A program made the position numbers and the translations under genes. Under the pieces are notes generated by a model. That model did not search any database. It worked only from the letters and a program-made list of their open reading frames with translations, and had not been told where the DNA came from. A stretch of 62,998 nt of DNA, the filler included, from Octopus bimaculoides (Eukaryota): the NCBI RefSeq assembly GCF_001194135.2. It is 6 parts of 6 records of this genome, joined end to end, with 100 filler letters (N's around TTAATTAATTAA, not from the genome) between each part and the next. Parts side by side here need not be neighbours in the genome. Positions count along the whole stretch, not along the records: positions 1 to 22,724 come from NC_068984.1; positions 22,825 to 34,547 come from NC_068986.1; 4 more parts are not named here. The stretch is one strand, 5' to 3'. Shown here one piece after another: positions 13,781 through 25,189 of the stretch (its first letter is position 1; every line of letters starts with the position of its first letter).

Positions 13781-14042
13781 GTATAGGCACAGCCCAGAAA
13801 AGGTCACAGAAAATGAGAAAGCAGCCATACTCTGGGATATGCCAGTACACACAGATAGAGAAATTAAGGCCAATAGGCCGCATATAGTTGTCAGATATCA
13901 CCAAGAAAAAATGCTTTCTAATCGTTGTATCAATACCAACAGATGTCAATATTTCTCTAAAAGAAACGGAGAAACTTTCGAAATCCAAAGATCTGGAAAT
14001 AGAGGTAACTCGAATGCGGAACCTAAAAACAGTAACAATTCT
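13781..14042 (+). pseudogene. R4/Dong-clade non-LTR retrotransposon fragment, restriction-like endonuclease domain
   Basis: ILWDMPVHTDREIKANRPHIVV, then with a frameshift CFLIVVSIPTDVNISLKETEKLSKSKDLEIEVTRM, matching the RLE motif pattern. Confidence 0.85.
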
Positions 14043-14250
14043 TTTCTTGTTCTCCGTGTATTTCTTCTAGACGAGTTGTCCCTTGCAGTTTCTTTCTCAC
14101 TTCCATTATTATCTTCTCTTGTTCCATCTTTTCTAGCCTTATTGTGGTCTTAATTTGTCTAATCTGATCAGACAGTCATTGTTAACTCCCATCCTTCAGC
14201 TCTTCATACTGATATCTTTCCAGAGCTCTAATAGCCCTTTCCTATAGCCT
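14043..14250 (-). pseudogene. R4/Dong-clade N-terminal fragment in inverted orientation
   Basis: GYRKGLLELWK and Q*LSDQIRQIK, similar to GCRKRMHDIW and EQRLSDQAWIIK at about 19030-19120. Confidence 0.65.
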
Positions 14251-14362
14251 ATTTTCTATGGTTTATTCCTAAAATAATATTCAAACAATAACTTTGTTGT
14301 TCTCCTTTGCTGTTAAAGTTCAGCAGCAGCTTTACGACCGGGCCTACGCTGCTGTTCCACAG

Positions 14363-14451
14363 GACACCTTCCGAACTCGACACCTTCCGAACTTGACATT
14401 TTCCGAACTCGACACCTTCCGAACTCGGCACCTTCCGAACTCGACACCTTC
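14363..14451. repeat. 16-bp minisatellite (GACACCTTCCGAACTC) x about 5.5
   Basis: Head-to-tail units with no spacers. Confidence 0.9.
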
Positions 14452-15297
14452 GCTTCAACGTCTTTGATGCCGTTAGAATTCATTCTCATAATTAACATTT
14501 CTCTTGTAACTGAGGTATGTATTCAAAGGTAACTATCAATCAGTAATTATACTGTGTTACTATCCGTAGACAGGTTGTCACCTAAGATTTCTGAGAGGCT
14601 TGTCTGCCCTGGTTTAAGCTGGTTTCTCTGCGTTGGTAGCCACCTCCAGTATTTATCCTCGCAATACTTAAAGACTCATATATGTTGTTGGATGGCCTTT
14701 GACTTTCTTGAGATCAACCGTCCTTTAACAGGTTTTATTTTTCGTCCTGCAGAGTATCAAACAAAATCCACCCTCCTCACCAAACAAACGCTTGGTAGGA
14801 TTGTGGTTTAGTCGCCGAAGGCCATTTCATGAAAGAGGTTGTATTGAATTCTATGTTACCAATAGCAGTAAAAGTGACCTGACATATTACAATTACTATT
14901 ATTATTACCAGTTCCGTCTCAACCACCAAAATTATTACTTCCACTAAAATCAATAATACTTTTATTATCTGCCAGGTTTTTGTCTCTCTCACTTTTATTA
15001 TCATTCCAGTTATCATTCCTATTTACCATCATATTATTATGATAATTCGCACAATCATTACCATTAACAAAACACAAGTGGAGGTGGTGGGATGAACCTA
15101 TGATTTCGGGTTTTCAAGCTTTCCGTTACGAAGATTTTCGGTATAGGTAGTGTGGGCGAAATTGGATAGACGCACCGCCAGCAAACAAGTTTCTAACACT
15201 GAATAGAAAGATAGCAAAGCCTCATCAGCAAGCAGGTTTTTAACATTAAATAGAAAGATAACAACATTCAAAGCAATAAAAAAAAAGAATAGAAGAC

Positions 15298-15393
15298 GAA
15301 GACACCTGATTGAAGTGCTGTGCAACGGAACTGAACGCGAAACTACTTGGTTGTGAAGCGAGCTCCTTAACCATACAGCCATCTCTACACCTA
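15298..15393 (-). mobile_element. SINE family B head fragment, degenerate
   Basis: Reverse complement resembles the first ~100 nt of the copy at 24691. Confidence 0.65.
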
Positions 15394-17183
15394 CATTTGT
15401 ATACATTCGCTGCATGCGTATGGGTGTCATACGTATAGACACACATTGCTTACTGCGGCATCGTACACCTTCGTCTGTGTGTGTGTGTGTGTGTGTGTGG
15501 TAATACGTATGAGAACATGCAAACTAGCATCTTAGCTTCCATTATCCCTGTTTATTTCTTAAACTATGTATGTGTGTTTTTTCTGTGTTTTTTTTTTATA
15601 TTTGCCTGTTTGCGTGTATCTAAGTATGATTATTTTCTGTCCGCAGCTTGATTCCATCTGTTCGCCTACAGAGTTGCAGATGTGTATGTCAATAATGCTT
15701 TTCATAAGCTGCTTTCTGCAATCGTTAACCTAAGAACAAAAACCACCTCTTTCCTGCCTGAGCGGCGTTCCATTCCATCCTTCTTTTTCTTCTTCCTTTT
15801 CAACCATACCCTTTCTTCTTTATTTTCTACCATACCTTTTCTTTCCGCTTTTATTTTCACTCTACCTCCAATTTCACCCAGTCTTAAATTCTCTTTATTT
15901 GTCTTTCCAACAACGTTTTTCTCCCATGAGGATGTGCAAGGACTAACTAAAAGCTGAACATGAAGTTTAGTATGTCGTATAAGCATAGTGAAAAATTTTG
16001 AATATTATAACGAATGTTGGATGACTAAAATGTAAAAAGCGTATTTTGTTGAATAGAATTTTACCCTCTGAAAATTAGGACACAAGTTATACTTAGAGTG
16101 GTAGAAATAAATCAAACAAGACGATACAGCTGGCTTAAGTTTGAATGCAAAATATAAATATTCCAGCAATGATATAAAAACATGGAGACAATTTCACACC
16201 AGAAACTTGAAGAAAGAGTTCTTTAAGTTCCATATTCCAAAAAATTATATAAATATATTTTTTGTGTTGAGTGATCTTTTCTCTTCCTTCTATTTACATT
16301 TACGTGTTTATATCTTCATATTACTCCTTAATAGAGTAAAAACCTTTTGCAAAGGCATAATAAAACACAAACTAATTATGAAACTTTTGTTTTTGAATTC
16401 TTCTACCCAAAAGTTCTTCAATCATGTTAAAGAAATCTTCCCTCAGAGAAACCTGAACATTTTATAAGGAAAATCGAATGGTGTGCAGATTGTTTTGACA
16501 AATTCAGGCTAGTGCATATTAATTTGACATAAATATACCAGGAATTCCCAGTAAGAATTTTATTCGCAGAAGAGCATATTACCTTCGGAGAAGTAAAAAT
16601 TTGAATGAGACCTTTTGAATTTGGTAAAAAGAGTTAGCAACGTATTAATTTCCAACTACTTTTAAAATTCTTTAAACAAGAATTTAACATAGCTACGAAA
16701 TTCCAGGAAAATTCATATATCACTGGATAAGATGAAAATATCTTTAATAATATTTTAGAAAAAAAATTATACATAGCTCTAAGCTTTAAAACCAAAGGTA
16801 TTTCCTTCTATTGTAGAATAATTGTTCATCGGTTATAGCATAGCTCAGCGCTGTTAACAATAAATAGCACCGCAAATAACTTAATTTAATATCACAGAAT
16901 GCTAAATCTTCCACAACTAAGCCTACTCAGATTTACTTTCTGTTTATATCATTATACCAATTAGGGAATTTGTTCTTTCTGCATAGATGGAGATCCATTT
17001 TGTTATTCGACAAAACATTCAAAGTTGTCTTATGGTTTGATGTCTCCATGTCATTCTACGACGAAACAAAATCAGTGGAATCCATATTGCAGACATTTTG
17101 TATGAAATTATTTCCTATGAGCTAGAACAGATCTCGTTAAAGCAATATGTTTAAGAATTACTGTTGAAATTATTCGCAGCATA

Positions 17184-18430
17184 CGAGGGTGGGCCGAAAA
17201 GTTCATAAACTATGAAGAAGTGATACTACAGCTGTAAAATCTTGCATGCATTAATTTCAACACTTCTTATTAATAGCTGCATTATTTTATTCAGGTAAAC
17301 TGGCATTTCACTGCTCAAGGTCTTCAAATGTAACTACTAGCTACCTCTCATGTAAATGGATAAAATTTGGCATCGTGGTATTACCAAGTACCTTCAGGGA
17401 AAGGGTTTAGCTCCCAAGCAAATGGTTGCTACGTTAGGAGATTACGCTCTAGTTTTATCAGCAGTGCAAAAGTGGGGAGCTAAATTTGGGAGAGGAAGGG
17501 AAAGCCTTGAAGATGACTCAAGGTCTGGACATCCTGCAACTGCCACCACTGAGGTAAACATTGACTGAGTTTACTACATGGTGATGGATTACAGACAATT
17601 GACAATAAATCAAATAGCGAAGGCTATTAACGTATCCCATGAGAGAGCTGAGACCATTCTGCGCAATGAATTTATACTAACAAAGGTTTTTGCTTGGTGG
17701 GTGCTACATCTTCTGACACCTGATTAAAAGCGCCCCAAGCAGATCACATCACAGGAAAATCCGACATTGTTTGAGGCAGATCCAGCTGGTTTCCTTGAAC
17801 ATTTCGTAACCCATGACGAATGTTGGCCAGAGACAAAGAGACAATCCATGCAGTGTAAACACCTCTTCTCATCTGCTCCAAAGAAGGTCAACATCGTTTT
17901 ATCTGTAGGGAAGGTGATGGCATCGGTCTGGGGGTGTAAAAGGCATTACCTTTATTGACTATCATCAAAAGGGCCACACCATCGATGGAGAGTATTATGC
18001 CAACTTGCTGAGGCAGTTACGAAAGGTTGTCAAGACCAAAGACCCAGGAAAACCTACGAAGCGTGTCTTATTTCATCAGGACAATGCTCCAGTTCACAAG
18101 TACAGTACTTGGCGTGCGTAGCTGTGGCTTTGAACTAGTCGATCGACCTCTCTATTCTCCTGATTTAGCTCCATTAGACTATCATCTGTTCCCCAACATG
18201 AAAAATATTTGGCTAGGAAGCAGTATCGCAGTGTTGATGACATCATGTCTGCTGTTAATAGATTTTTTGACCAACAAGATGAAAGAGTCTTCACCAAGCG
18301 AATCCAAGCGCTGCAACATCGATGAAAGAAGTGTGGACCACAAGATAGACTATGTCAAAAAAGAAACCTCATTTGGTCACATTCCATAAGAATATTTTGG
18401 TCAGCCCATAACCTGTTCAGCCAACCCTCG
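17184..18430 (+). mobile_element. Near full-length mariner element (DD34D, irritans-like) with inactivated transposase
   Basis: Imperfect TIRs starting CGAGGGT; TA duplicated at 17182-17183 and 18431-18432; peptides EDDSRSGHP, VTHDECW, HQDNAP, YSPDLAPLDYHLF; stops and frameshifts. Confidence 0.95.
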
Positions 18431-18498
18431 TAGTTAAGTATCTGGATATAAACCTAAATTGTGAAATGAATACATTTTCCTTATCATGATAATAATAA

Positions 18499-18716
18499 TA
18501 ATAGTTTTTCTACTTTAGGCACAAGGCCCGAATTTTGGGGAATGGGCATAATCAGTGAAATCGACTTCAGAACTTGAGTGGTACTTAATTGATCGACCCC
18601 GGAATGACTAAAGACAATGTCGAATTCAGCAGAATTTGAACTCAGAACGTAAAGCCGGAAGAAATGCTGGTAAGCAATTTGTTCGACGCACTAACGATTC
18701 TACAAGTTCACCACTT
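18499..18716 (-). mobile_element. SINE family D, degenerate
   Basis: Homologous to 51405-51648; (TAT)n tail. Confidence 0.8.
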
Positions 18717-18734
18717 TAACAACAATAGCAGTGA

Positions 18735-18960
18735 TAATAATAATGATTTTCGATTTTGGCACAAGGCCTGTAATTTCGGGGGAGGAGATAAATCTGTTAC
18801 ATCGACCCCCAGCGCTCAGTTGATACTTATTTTATGGAGCCTGAAACTATGAAAGGCAAAGTCGACCTCGGCCGATTTTGAATTCAGAACGTAAAGATGG
18901 ACGAAATGCTGCTACGGATTTTGTCCGGCGTGCTAACGATTCTGACATCTTGCGGCCTTC
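18735..18960 (-). mobile_element. SINE family D, tandem second copy
   Basis: Homologous to 51405-51648. Confidence 0.8.
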
Positions 18961-18964
18961 TATG

Positions 18965-21410
18965 ATAGTAAAATGTTATCTTTTGAGCAGGCCTGTTGGT
19001 GGTGAAGGGAAGCCCATATGAGGATGTAGAAAGAGAATGCATGATATTTGGATGGAGGTGCAAGGCTTGGATATTACGGAACAGAGACTGAGTGACCAGG
19101 CATGGATAATAAAGAAGAACAGATGACTAACAGAGCTTGATGAGATTAAGAAGATGGTGACGATTGAAAATATAGTGAATGAAGATTAAGTGGCTACAGA
19201 GAATGTTGATGCGTTTAAATTGAATGAAGGTGTTTAGGAGAATGATGCTGGTTTAAGTTTTGAGAATGTAGAGGAACTGAGTGTTGAGGACAAAGGAATA
19301 ATCACAGACATCACTGGTATCATTGAGAAAAGTCTGGTCATGGAAGTAAATGGGTTTAAGAAAGTGGATAGAATCTTGTTTATGGGATGGCCTCCGAAGG
19401 TAAATAAAACACTGAAAGAGATTAAGATGGATTGTATGACTGGAACAAATAGATTAGTTAAAGCTTGCATCATCTACATAGGAATAAAAATAGGTCTTGA
19501 ACCAACATGTAAAAATGGAAAAGTAGAATAAAGCAATCAATGAACGAACTACGGAAACTTGTCAACATCCTGGAAAGAAAGAAACAAAGGAGAAGGAGAG
19601 ATATCGGGAACTAGAATGTAGATATTGGTCAACAAAAGTGGTTAAATGTAATCCTTGAAGAGCCAAAAGAAAGAGTACTGGCTAAAGATATAAAAAATTA
19701 AAGATATGATGAAAGAATTGAATACTCTAAGGTCAGCAGTTTGCTCCAACAGGATCATAAAAGGATTAACCAGCAGTTGAACGGAAAGGTTAACAGCACT
19801 GAAAACCTGACGTTGAAAAAATTAGGTTTTGGAATGAAAAAGACCATAAGAAAGATACTGAATAGTTGAAGGAGATAAGATCGGGGGAAATGATGTAAAG
19901 TAGAACAATATAAAGATAACAGCTGAAATGTTGACCGAGCAGACAACAGAGTTTCCAAATTGGAAATGTCCATGACCGGACGGGGTACAAGAATACTGGT
20001 TGAAAACTCCCAGTATTACACGAAATAATAACTGTGTAAATGGATGAAATGATCAACGTCGGGGTCGAAATCCCGAAGTGGATGACCGCAAGGAAATCTG
20101 TTCTTTGCCAAAAGCACCACGGTAACTCTGATGTAGAAGTTAATGACAGGAATAATATCTAATTGTGTGTATGAGTTCATTGAAATGGAAGTCATACACT
20201 GGAACAGAAGGTCCACAAGATGAAAAGCCGTGGGATAAAAGATCAACTTCTGATAGGCAGAATGGTGTTGAACGACTGTAAGAAAAGATATATTAATTTG
20301 GGTATGACATGGATCGATTATAAGAAAGCTTATGACATGGTTCCGCATTCCTGGAGTTTAGAAAATCTTGAGTTCGTACAGGTGTCTGTTAACATTTTGA
20401 ATTTTATCAGACCAATGAAGAAGTTGAATATAGGGTTAACATCACGTGGAAAATTTTTAGCGAAGGTTTACATGAGGGATATATTTCAGGGAGATGGTCT
20501 GTCGCTATTCCTGTTTGTGATTTGTGTGATACTCCTCACGCAAATATTACGAAAAGTGACATTAGAGTACACCTTGAAAAGCAAAGAAAATTTGAATCAC
20601 CTATTGTATATGGATGACTTAAAGATCTTCGAGAAGAGTGAACGTGGAATAAATAGTCTCGTTTCAACAGTACACGTATTCAGTAAGGATGAAATTTGGG
20701 ATTAATAAATGGGGTGTGCTTATCATAAAAAAGCTAAGTATTGTCGTCTAATGGTGTAGAACTACCCAACGGCGAAAGAATCAAGGCTGTTGAGGTGGGT
20801 GGATGTAAATATTGTAGAGCATAACAAAATGAAGGAGAGTTAGACGAATGCGAGAATACCTCAGAAGAACCAAATTAATTATGGAGAGTAGACTCGATGG
20901 AAAAAAAGATCAAGGTAATGAATACATGGGCTGGCTCCTTTATACGCTATTGCGGTGGAGTTTCTAAAGGGACAAAGAACGAGTTTGAGGAAGTGCATAG
21001 AAGAACCAGGAAAGTGATGGCAATGAACAAGAAACGGCACCCTAAATATCAATAGACTGTGTGTGTCTAAAAACAAGGGAGGAACAAGTCTCGTAGGATG
21101 CAAGATCTGCGTTGTCAATGAGGAAAATAGTCTGGGATGGTACGTCAAAGAGTAGATTGAACCTTTGGTTGTTGCTGTTAGACATAGCAGCACGATACCT
21201 TGTGAAAATGTGACACATCTAAAAGCATTTAAGAAGCAAGATGGAGGAGAAAGATTGAGCAATTGAAATATGAAAACGATGCATGGGCAATATCCCAGAG
21301 AAATGGAAGGGAAAGACGAGATCTACAGCTGGAGATGGCTGAAAGGGTGCATTGAGGCATTGATACATAAACCTCAGGAACACGCCCTAAGAACAAAGTT
21401 CTTTTCCGCT
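18965..21410 (+). pseudogene. Decayed R4/Dong-clade LINE (N-terminal domain plus reverse transcriptase); 3' end with RLE missing
   Basis: RMHDIW...EQRLSDQ; RGIKDQLLI, WIDYKKAYDMVPHSW, IFQGDGLS, NHLLYMDDLK; QEHALRT; many stops and frameshifts. Confidence 0.9.
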
Positions 21411-22099
21411 CTTACAAAATTAACTGGAACAAGTGAAATCAAGAGCTCTCGAGAAGTAAAAGGAAAATAATAGATTATAATCTATCATTGTATATTCTGG
21501 AAAACAAATAAGTTTCAAAATATCATAACCAAAGTTATAAAAGTAAAGTTTAAAGAGAATAATCATTTTCTATACGTTTGCTTATGAAATAATGAAATAA
21601 CAAGCAACATCCAAACAACAAATATGAAACATTTTTTGCGGAGTGTTATTCTGTTAGCAAGAATTCGATTCCGCCCACCTTTCTAAGAAATTTTAGTCCC
21701 AAATATTAACAGGCATGTGTCCTCATTTACTTTAGAAGAGGCACGCTTTTTAACCCTTTTCATTACTATAGTGTGCCTTTTCTTCAAATTGGATGCACAG
21801 ATAAAATACAGGGTACAAACTGGATGAATGTTCTCAAGCATATGAAGCATATCAAAAATACCTTATGGTATAATCAGTTTATAGTTTAAATTACAAACTC
21901 AAGAAATCAAAAGCTTTCTAAATTTAATCTTCTTCCATTTTCCTATGAATCATTGATATCATAAGATTTTTCAAAGAAATTCGATTAAGGCAGGCAACAA
22001 GATTTGTAAACCTTGTAGAATTTTTGTCAACCATTATAATTCCTTAAATCTTTACAACAACAATAATGTTATCTCTTCCCATATTTATAACTGCATTAC

Positions 22100-22216
22100 C
22101 TCTAACAAAGGCATCCTCAACGTTAGTTATATTCCATAAAAGCTCCAATGTAATATGTATAGTCGGAAATGATATTGAATTCCGAATTATTGTGATGTTC
22201 GTCTTTATCAATATAT
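22100..22216 (-). CDS. Candidate phase 1-1 exon (ILIKTNITIIRNSISFPTIHITLELLWNITNVEDAFVR)
   Basis: TAG acceptor after a T-rich tract, AG|GTAATG donor, open frame with two N-x-T sequons; no recognised homology. Confidence 0.2.
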
Positions 22217-22677
22217 CTAATCGTGAAACCGCAAAAATGATTTTAAACAAATTTATGGAAGAACTTTCGTGGTTTTAAAGTATTCGAAGGTTACATTTTC
22301 GTCAGCCTACCCCATAACATCCATGATAATTTTCGTTAAAATTTACACTGGGAATGCTGAAACATAGAGTTCCTTAATAACTGAAAATATTAATTAATTT
22401 TTTTTCCATAATTTCCTATTAAAACAAAAAAAAAAGAAGTAACTGACAAAATTTGTTGTTTCGAAAAAGAACATGCTGACTATCAATCTATCTGTCTATG
22501 TATGTATGTATGTATGTATGTATGTATGTATGTATGCATGCATGTATGTTTTTTATCTATCTATCTAGCTAGCTAGCTATCTATCTGGATGGATGTGTAT
22601 CTATGTCTATCTGAATACAAATATATATATATATATCTTCCTAGTGTTTTCATGAAATGTATGTATGTATATATAAA

Positions 22678-22724
<47 letters not shown>

Positions 22725-22824
22725 NNNNNNNNNNNNNNNNNNNNNNNNNNNNNNNNNNNNNNNNNNNNTTAATTAATTAANNNNNNNNNNNNNNNNNNNN
22801 NNNNNNNNNNNNNNNNNNNNNNNN

Positions 22825-23145
22825 GATTGTTGCTGCTGCTGTCGTGTGGTACACGGAACAGATCTCAAAGAGAACTGAACCGAGACAAATTTGCTGGGTT
22901 TGAGTTGCTCTATTTAAAGCATTCAGGGGGCTCCAAGACGGTAGTAGAAAAACACTATCACGTGACCTTATTACGGGCTGTGATTAATCAGTTTGCGTTC
23001 TGGCGGGAACGGTTCGAAGAAGTTGCCGCTTCGAATAATAATCAGTCACGTGATGACAAGGAAATGGGTTCTCCGCTTCGCCCGCGCTTGTTTATATTTA
23101 AATTAGAAGAATGGCGATAGCAGTTTTGTATCTAATGGCGATAGG
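22825..23145. promoter_or_regulatory. CpG-rich promoter-like segment
   Basis: TCACGTGA at 22958-22965 and 23046-23053; E2F-like TGGCGGGAA at 23001-23009; TATTTAAA at 22911-22918; two AATGGCG motifs; CpG-rich against the AT-rich flanks. Confidence 0.5.
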
Positions 23146-23496
23146 TAGTTTCACTACAGAACAGACCTATAATCAAAACCATTCCGGCTGTGACCTTTCT
23201 GTCGTTTGTGTACTTAAGATTACATTGACCAATGTTTTCTGGGGTTTTTTTGAGAGTCAAGTGTGACATGAGAGAGATTTGGCCACTACTTCTGGCAGGT
23301 CAAACACAAGTGACTGCAAAATAGTTTCTCATTTGCTTTGGTAGATAAAGGTGAATGACATTTTTATGCAAGTCACTCTTGAGCATTTTTTTATGTTGCC
23401 TAGTGTTTTGGGTTGAGTTCCATGTGTGACATCTTAGACAACTGTCTTTTCCTATAGACCTGGAAGAGGGTGGGGGCAAACTAACAATATCCTGTG

Positions 23497-23889
23497 CAGC
23501 AATGGATTAACTATTAAGCAAAATAAGCATATGCTTCAGGCATCAAGGGATGGGGGCACCAGAGAAATGAAAATGGTTTACGGCACAAAAGAAATCACTT
23601 TAAACTTGTTGGAATAATAATAAGCAGAAGTTTTACGTAAAATTAATTTTAACAATATCATCGAAAACTTTGCAATTAAAAAGAAAACCAAAAGAGAAAA
23701 CTTTTCAAGTATAAATAAAGAAGTGGAAGTATACAAAAATAAACATTATTTCCCATCTTACTGTTAGTTTTGTTTCATTTTGAAAAATAAAGATTTATTT
23801 TATGGTTTATTATTGTTTACATCTTGAACCTTGAAGGCACCGAAACCTTTTAAGTGCTTAGAGCCTCTATGGATCTTAATCTGGTCCTG
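23497..23889 (+). mobile_element. Non-autonomous hAT-like element carrying the transposase C-terminal remnant
   Basis: Imperfect TIRs CAGCAATGGATTAA / TTAATCTGGTCCTG; peptide AEVLRKINFNNIIENFAIKK; flanking repeats TATCCTGTG / TATTCTGTG. Confidence 0.7.
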
Positions 23890-23959
23890 TATTCTGTGAG
23901 TGAATTTGGTTGATGGAAACTGTGCAAAAGCGTTTTGCATCTATATATCGTGGCACTCC

Positions 23960-24346
23960 GTGGAGGCGCAATGGCCCAGTGGTTAGGGCAGCGGACTCGC
24001 GGTTATAGGATCGCGGTTTCAATTCCCAGATCGGGCGTTGTGAGTGTTTATTGAACGAAAACACATAAAGTTTCACGAGGCTCCGGCAGCGGGGTGGGTG
24101 GTGAACCCAGCTGTACTCTTTCACCACAACTTTCTCTCACTCTTTCTTCATGTTTCTGTTGTGCCTGTAATTCAAAGGGTCAGTCTTGTCACACTGTGTC
24201 ACGCTGAATATCCCCCGAGAACTACGTTAAGGGTACACGTGTCTGTGGAGTGCTCAGCCACTTGCACGTTAATTTCACGAGCAGGCTGTTCCGTTGATCG
24301 GATCAACTGGAACCCTCCATGTCGTACGCGATGGAGTGCCAACTAC
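23960..24346 (+). mobile_element. Full-length SINE family A
   Basis: A and B boxes; 14-bp TSD TATCGTGGCACTCC at 23946-23959 and 24347-24360. Confidence 0.95.
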
Positions 24347-24582
24347 TATCGTGGCACTCCATTGGTCATGATGACGAGGGTTCCAGCTGATATGATCTAC
24401 AGAACAGCCTGCTCCTGAAATTGACGTGCAAGGTAATACAGGTACTACTCATTTTTGCCAGCTGAGTGAACTGGAGCAACGTGAAATAAAGTGTCTCGTT
24501 CAAGGACACAATGCATCGCCAGGAATTGAACTTGTGACCTTACAGTCGTGAGCTAAATGCCCTAATCACTAGGCCACGTGCC

Positions 24583-24587
<5 letters not shown>
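24347..24587 (-). mobile_element. SINE family C (tRNA head, CORE-like middle, 3' tail shared with family A)
   Basis: Minus strand: TGGCCTAGTGATTAGG ... AGTTCAATTCC ... GTGTCCTTGAACGAGACACT ... then the family A-type tail; CORE assignment is from memory. Confidence 0.8.
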
Positions 24588-24625
<38 letters not shown>

Positions 24626-24690
24626 CTTTTTATCAAAGCTGCAAAAACTTCACAAAAACTACTCTGAGTAGCAGTTTTTATGATGTTTTC

Positions 24691-25083
24691 GCAGCTGAGT
24701 GGCTGTGTGGTAAGTAGCTTGCCTACCAACCACATGGTTCCGGGTTCAGTCCCACTGTGTGGCACTTTGGGTAAGTGTCTTCTACTATAGCCTCGGGCCG
24801 ACCAAAGCCTTGTGAGTGGATTTGGTAGACAGAAACTGAAAGAAGCCTGTCGTATATATGTATATATATGTATGTGTGTCTGTGTTTGTCCCTCCATCAT
24901 CGCTTGAAAACCGATGCTGTTGTGTTTACGTCCCCGTAATTTAGCGGTTCGGCAAAATGAGACCGATAGAATAAGTACTAGGTTTCCAAAGAATAAGTCC
25001 TGGGATCGATTTGCTCGACTAAAAGACGGTGCTCCAGCATGGCCACAATCAAAAGACTGAAACAAGTAAAAGAGTAAAGAGTA
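24691..25083 (+). mobile_element. Full-length SINE family B with internal TA/TG tract and AAAGAGT tail
   Basis: TGGCTGTGTGGTAAG A box, GGTTCAGTCC B box; homologous fragments at 61391, 62234, 62606 and 62829. Confidence 0.9.
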
Positions 25084-25189
25084 CTCTATCTTCAGTATTC
25101 AAGTACTATTTTTTCCACCATGTTTTGCCATTCTGTGCTTACTTGTGTATATATAGTCATAATCATGGGTGTTGTCAGTATTATGTAAA

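Noticed and set aside
12436-13873. Long ORFs in the supplied track (also about 4331, 35464, 38017, 39439, 59948)
   Set aside because: Made of X from N gaps plus microsatellite translations.
14363-14451. CRISPR-like repeat array
   Set aside because: Units are contiguous with no unique spacers; eukaryotic context; no cas genes.
15185-15235. Minus-strand CTGATGAG...GAAAC hammerhead candidate
   Set aside because: No G10.1-C11.1 pair, no stem III and no UH site.
22769-22780. TTAATTAATTAA islands inside N runs (also 34592, 56632, 59231, 61533)
   Set aside because: An identical 12-mer embedded in gaps, giving stops in all frames; an assembly spacer, not biology.
22827-23120. 97-aa ORF
   Set aside because: Starts at a non-ATG codon next to a gap and has no recognisable motif; a regulatory reading fits better.
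23960-24035. tRNA gene (and similar heads at 5732-6111, 6530-6935, 44034, 24691, 51405)
   Set aside because: The A and B boxes run into SINE bodies with tails, and most full copies have TSDs; these are SINE heads.
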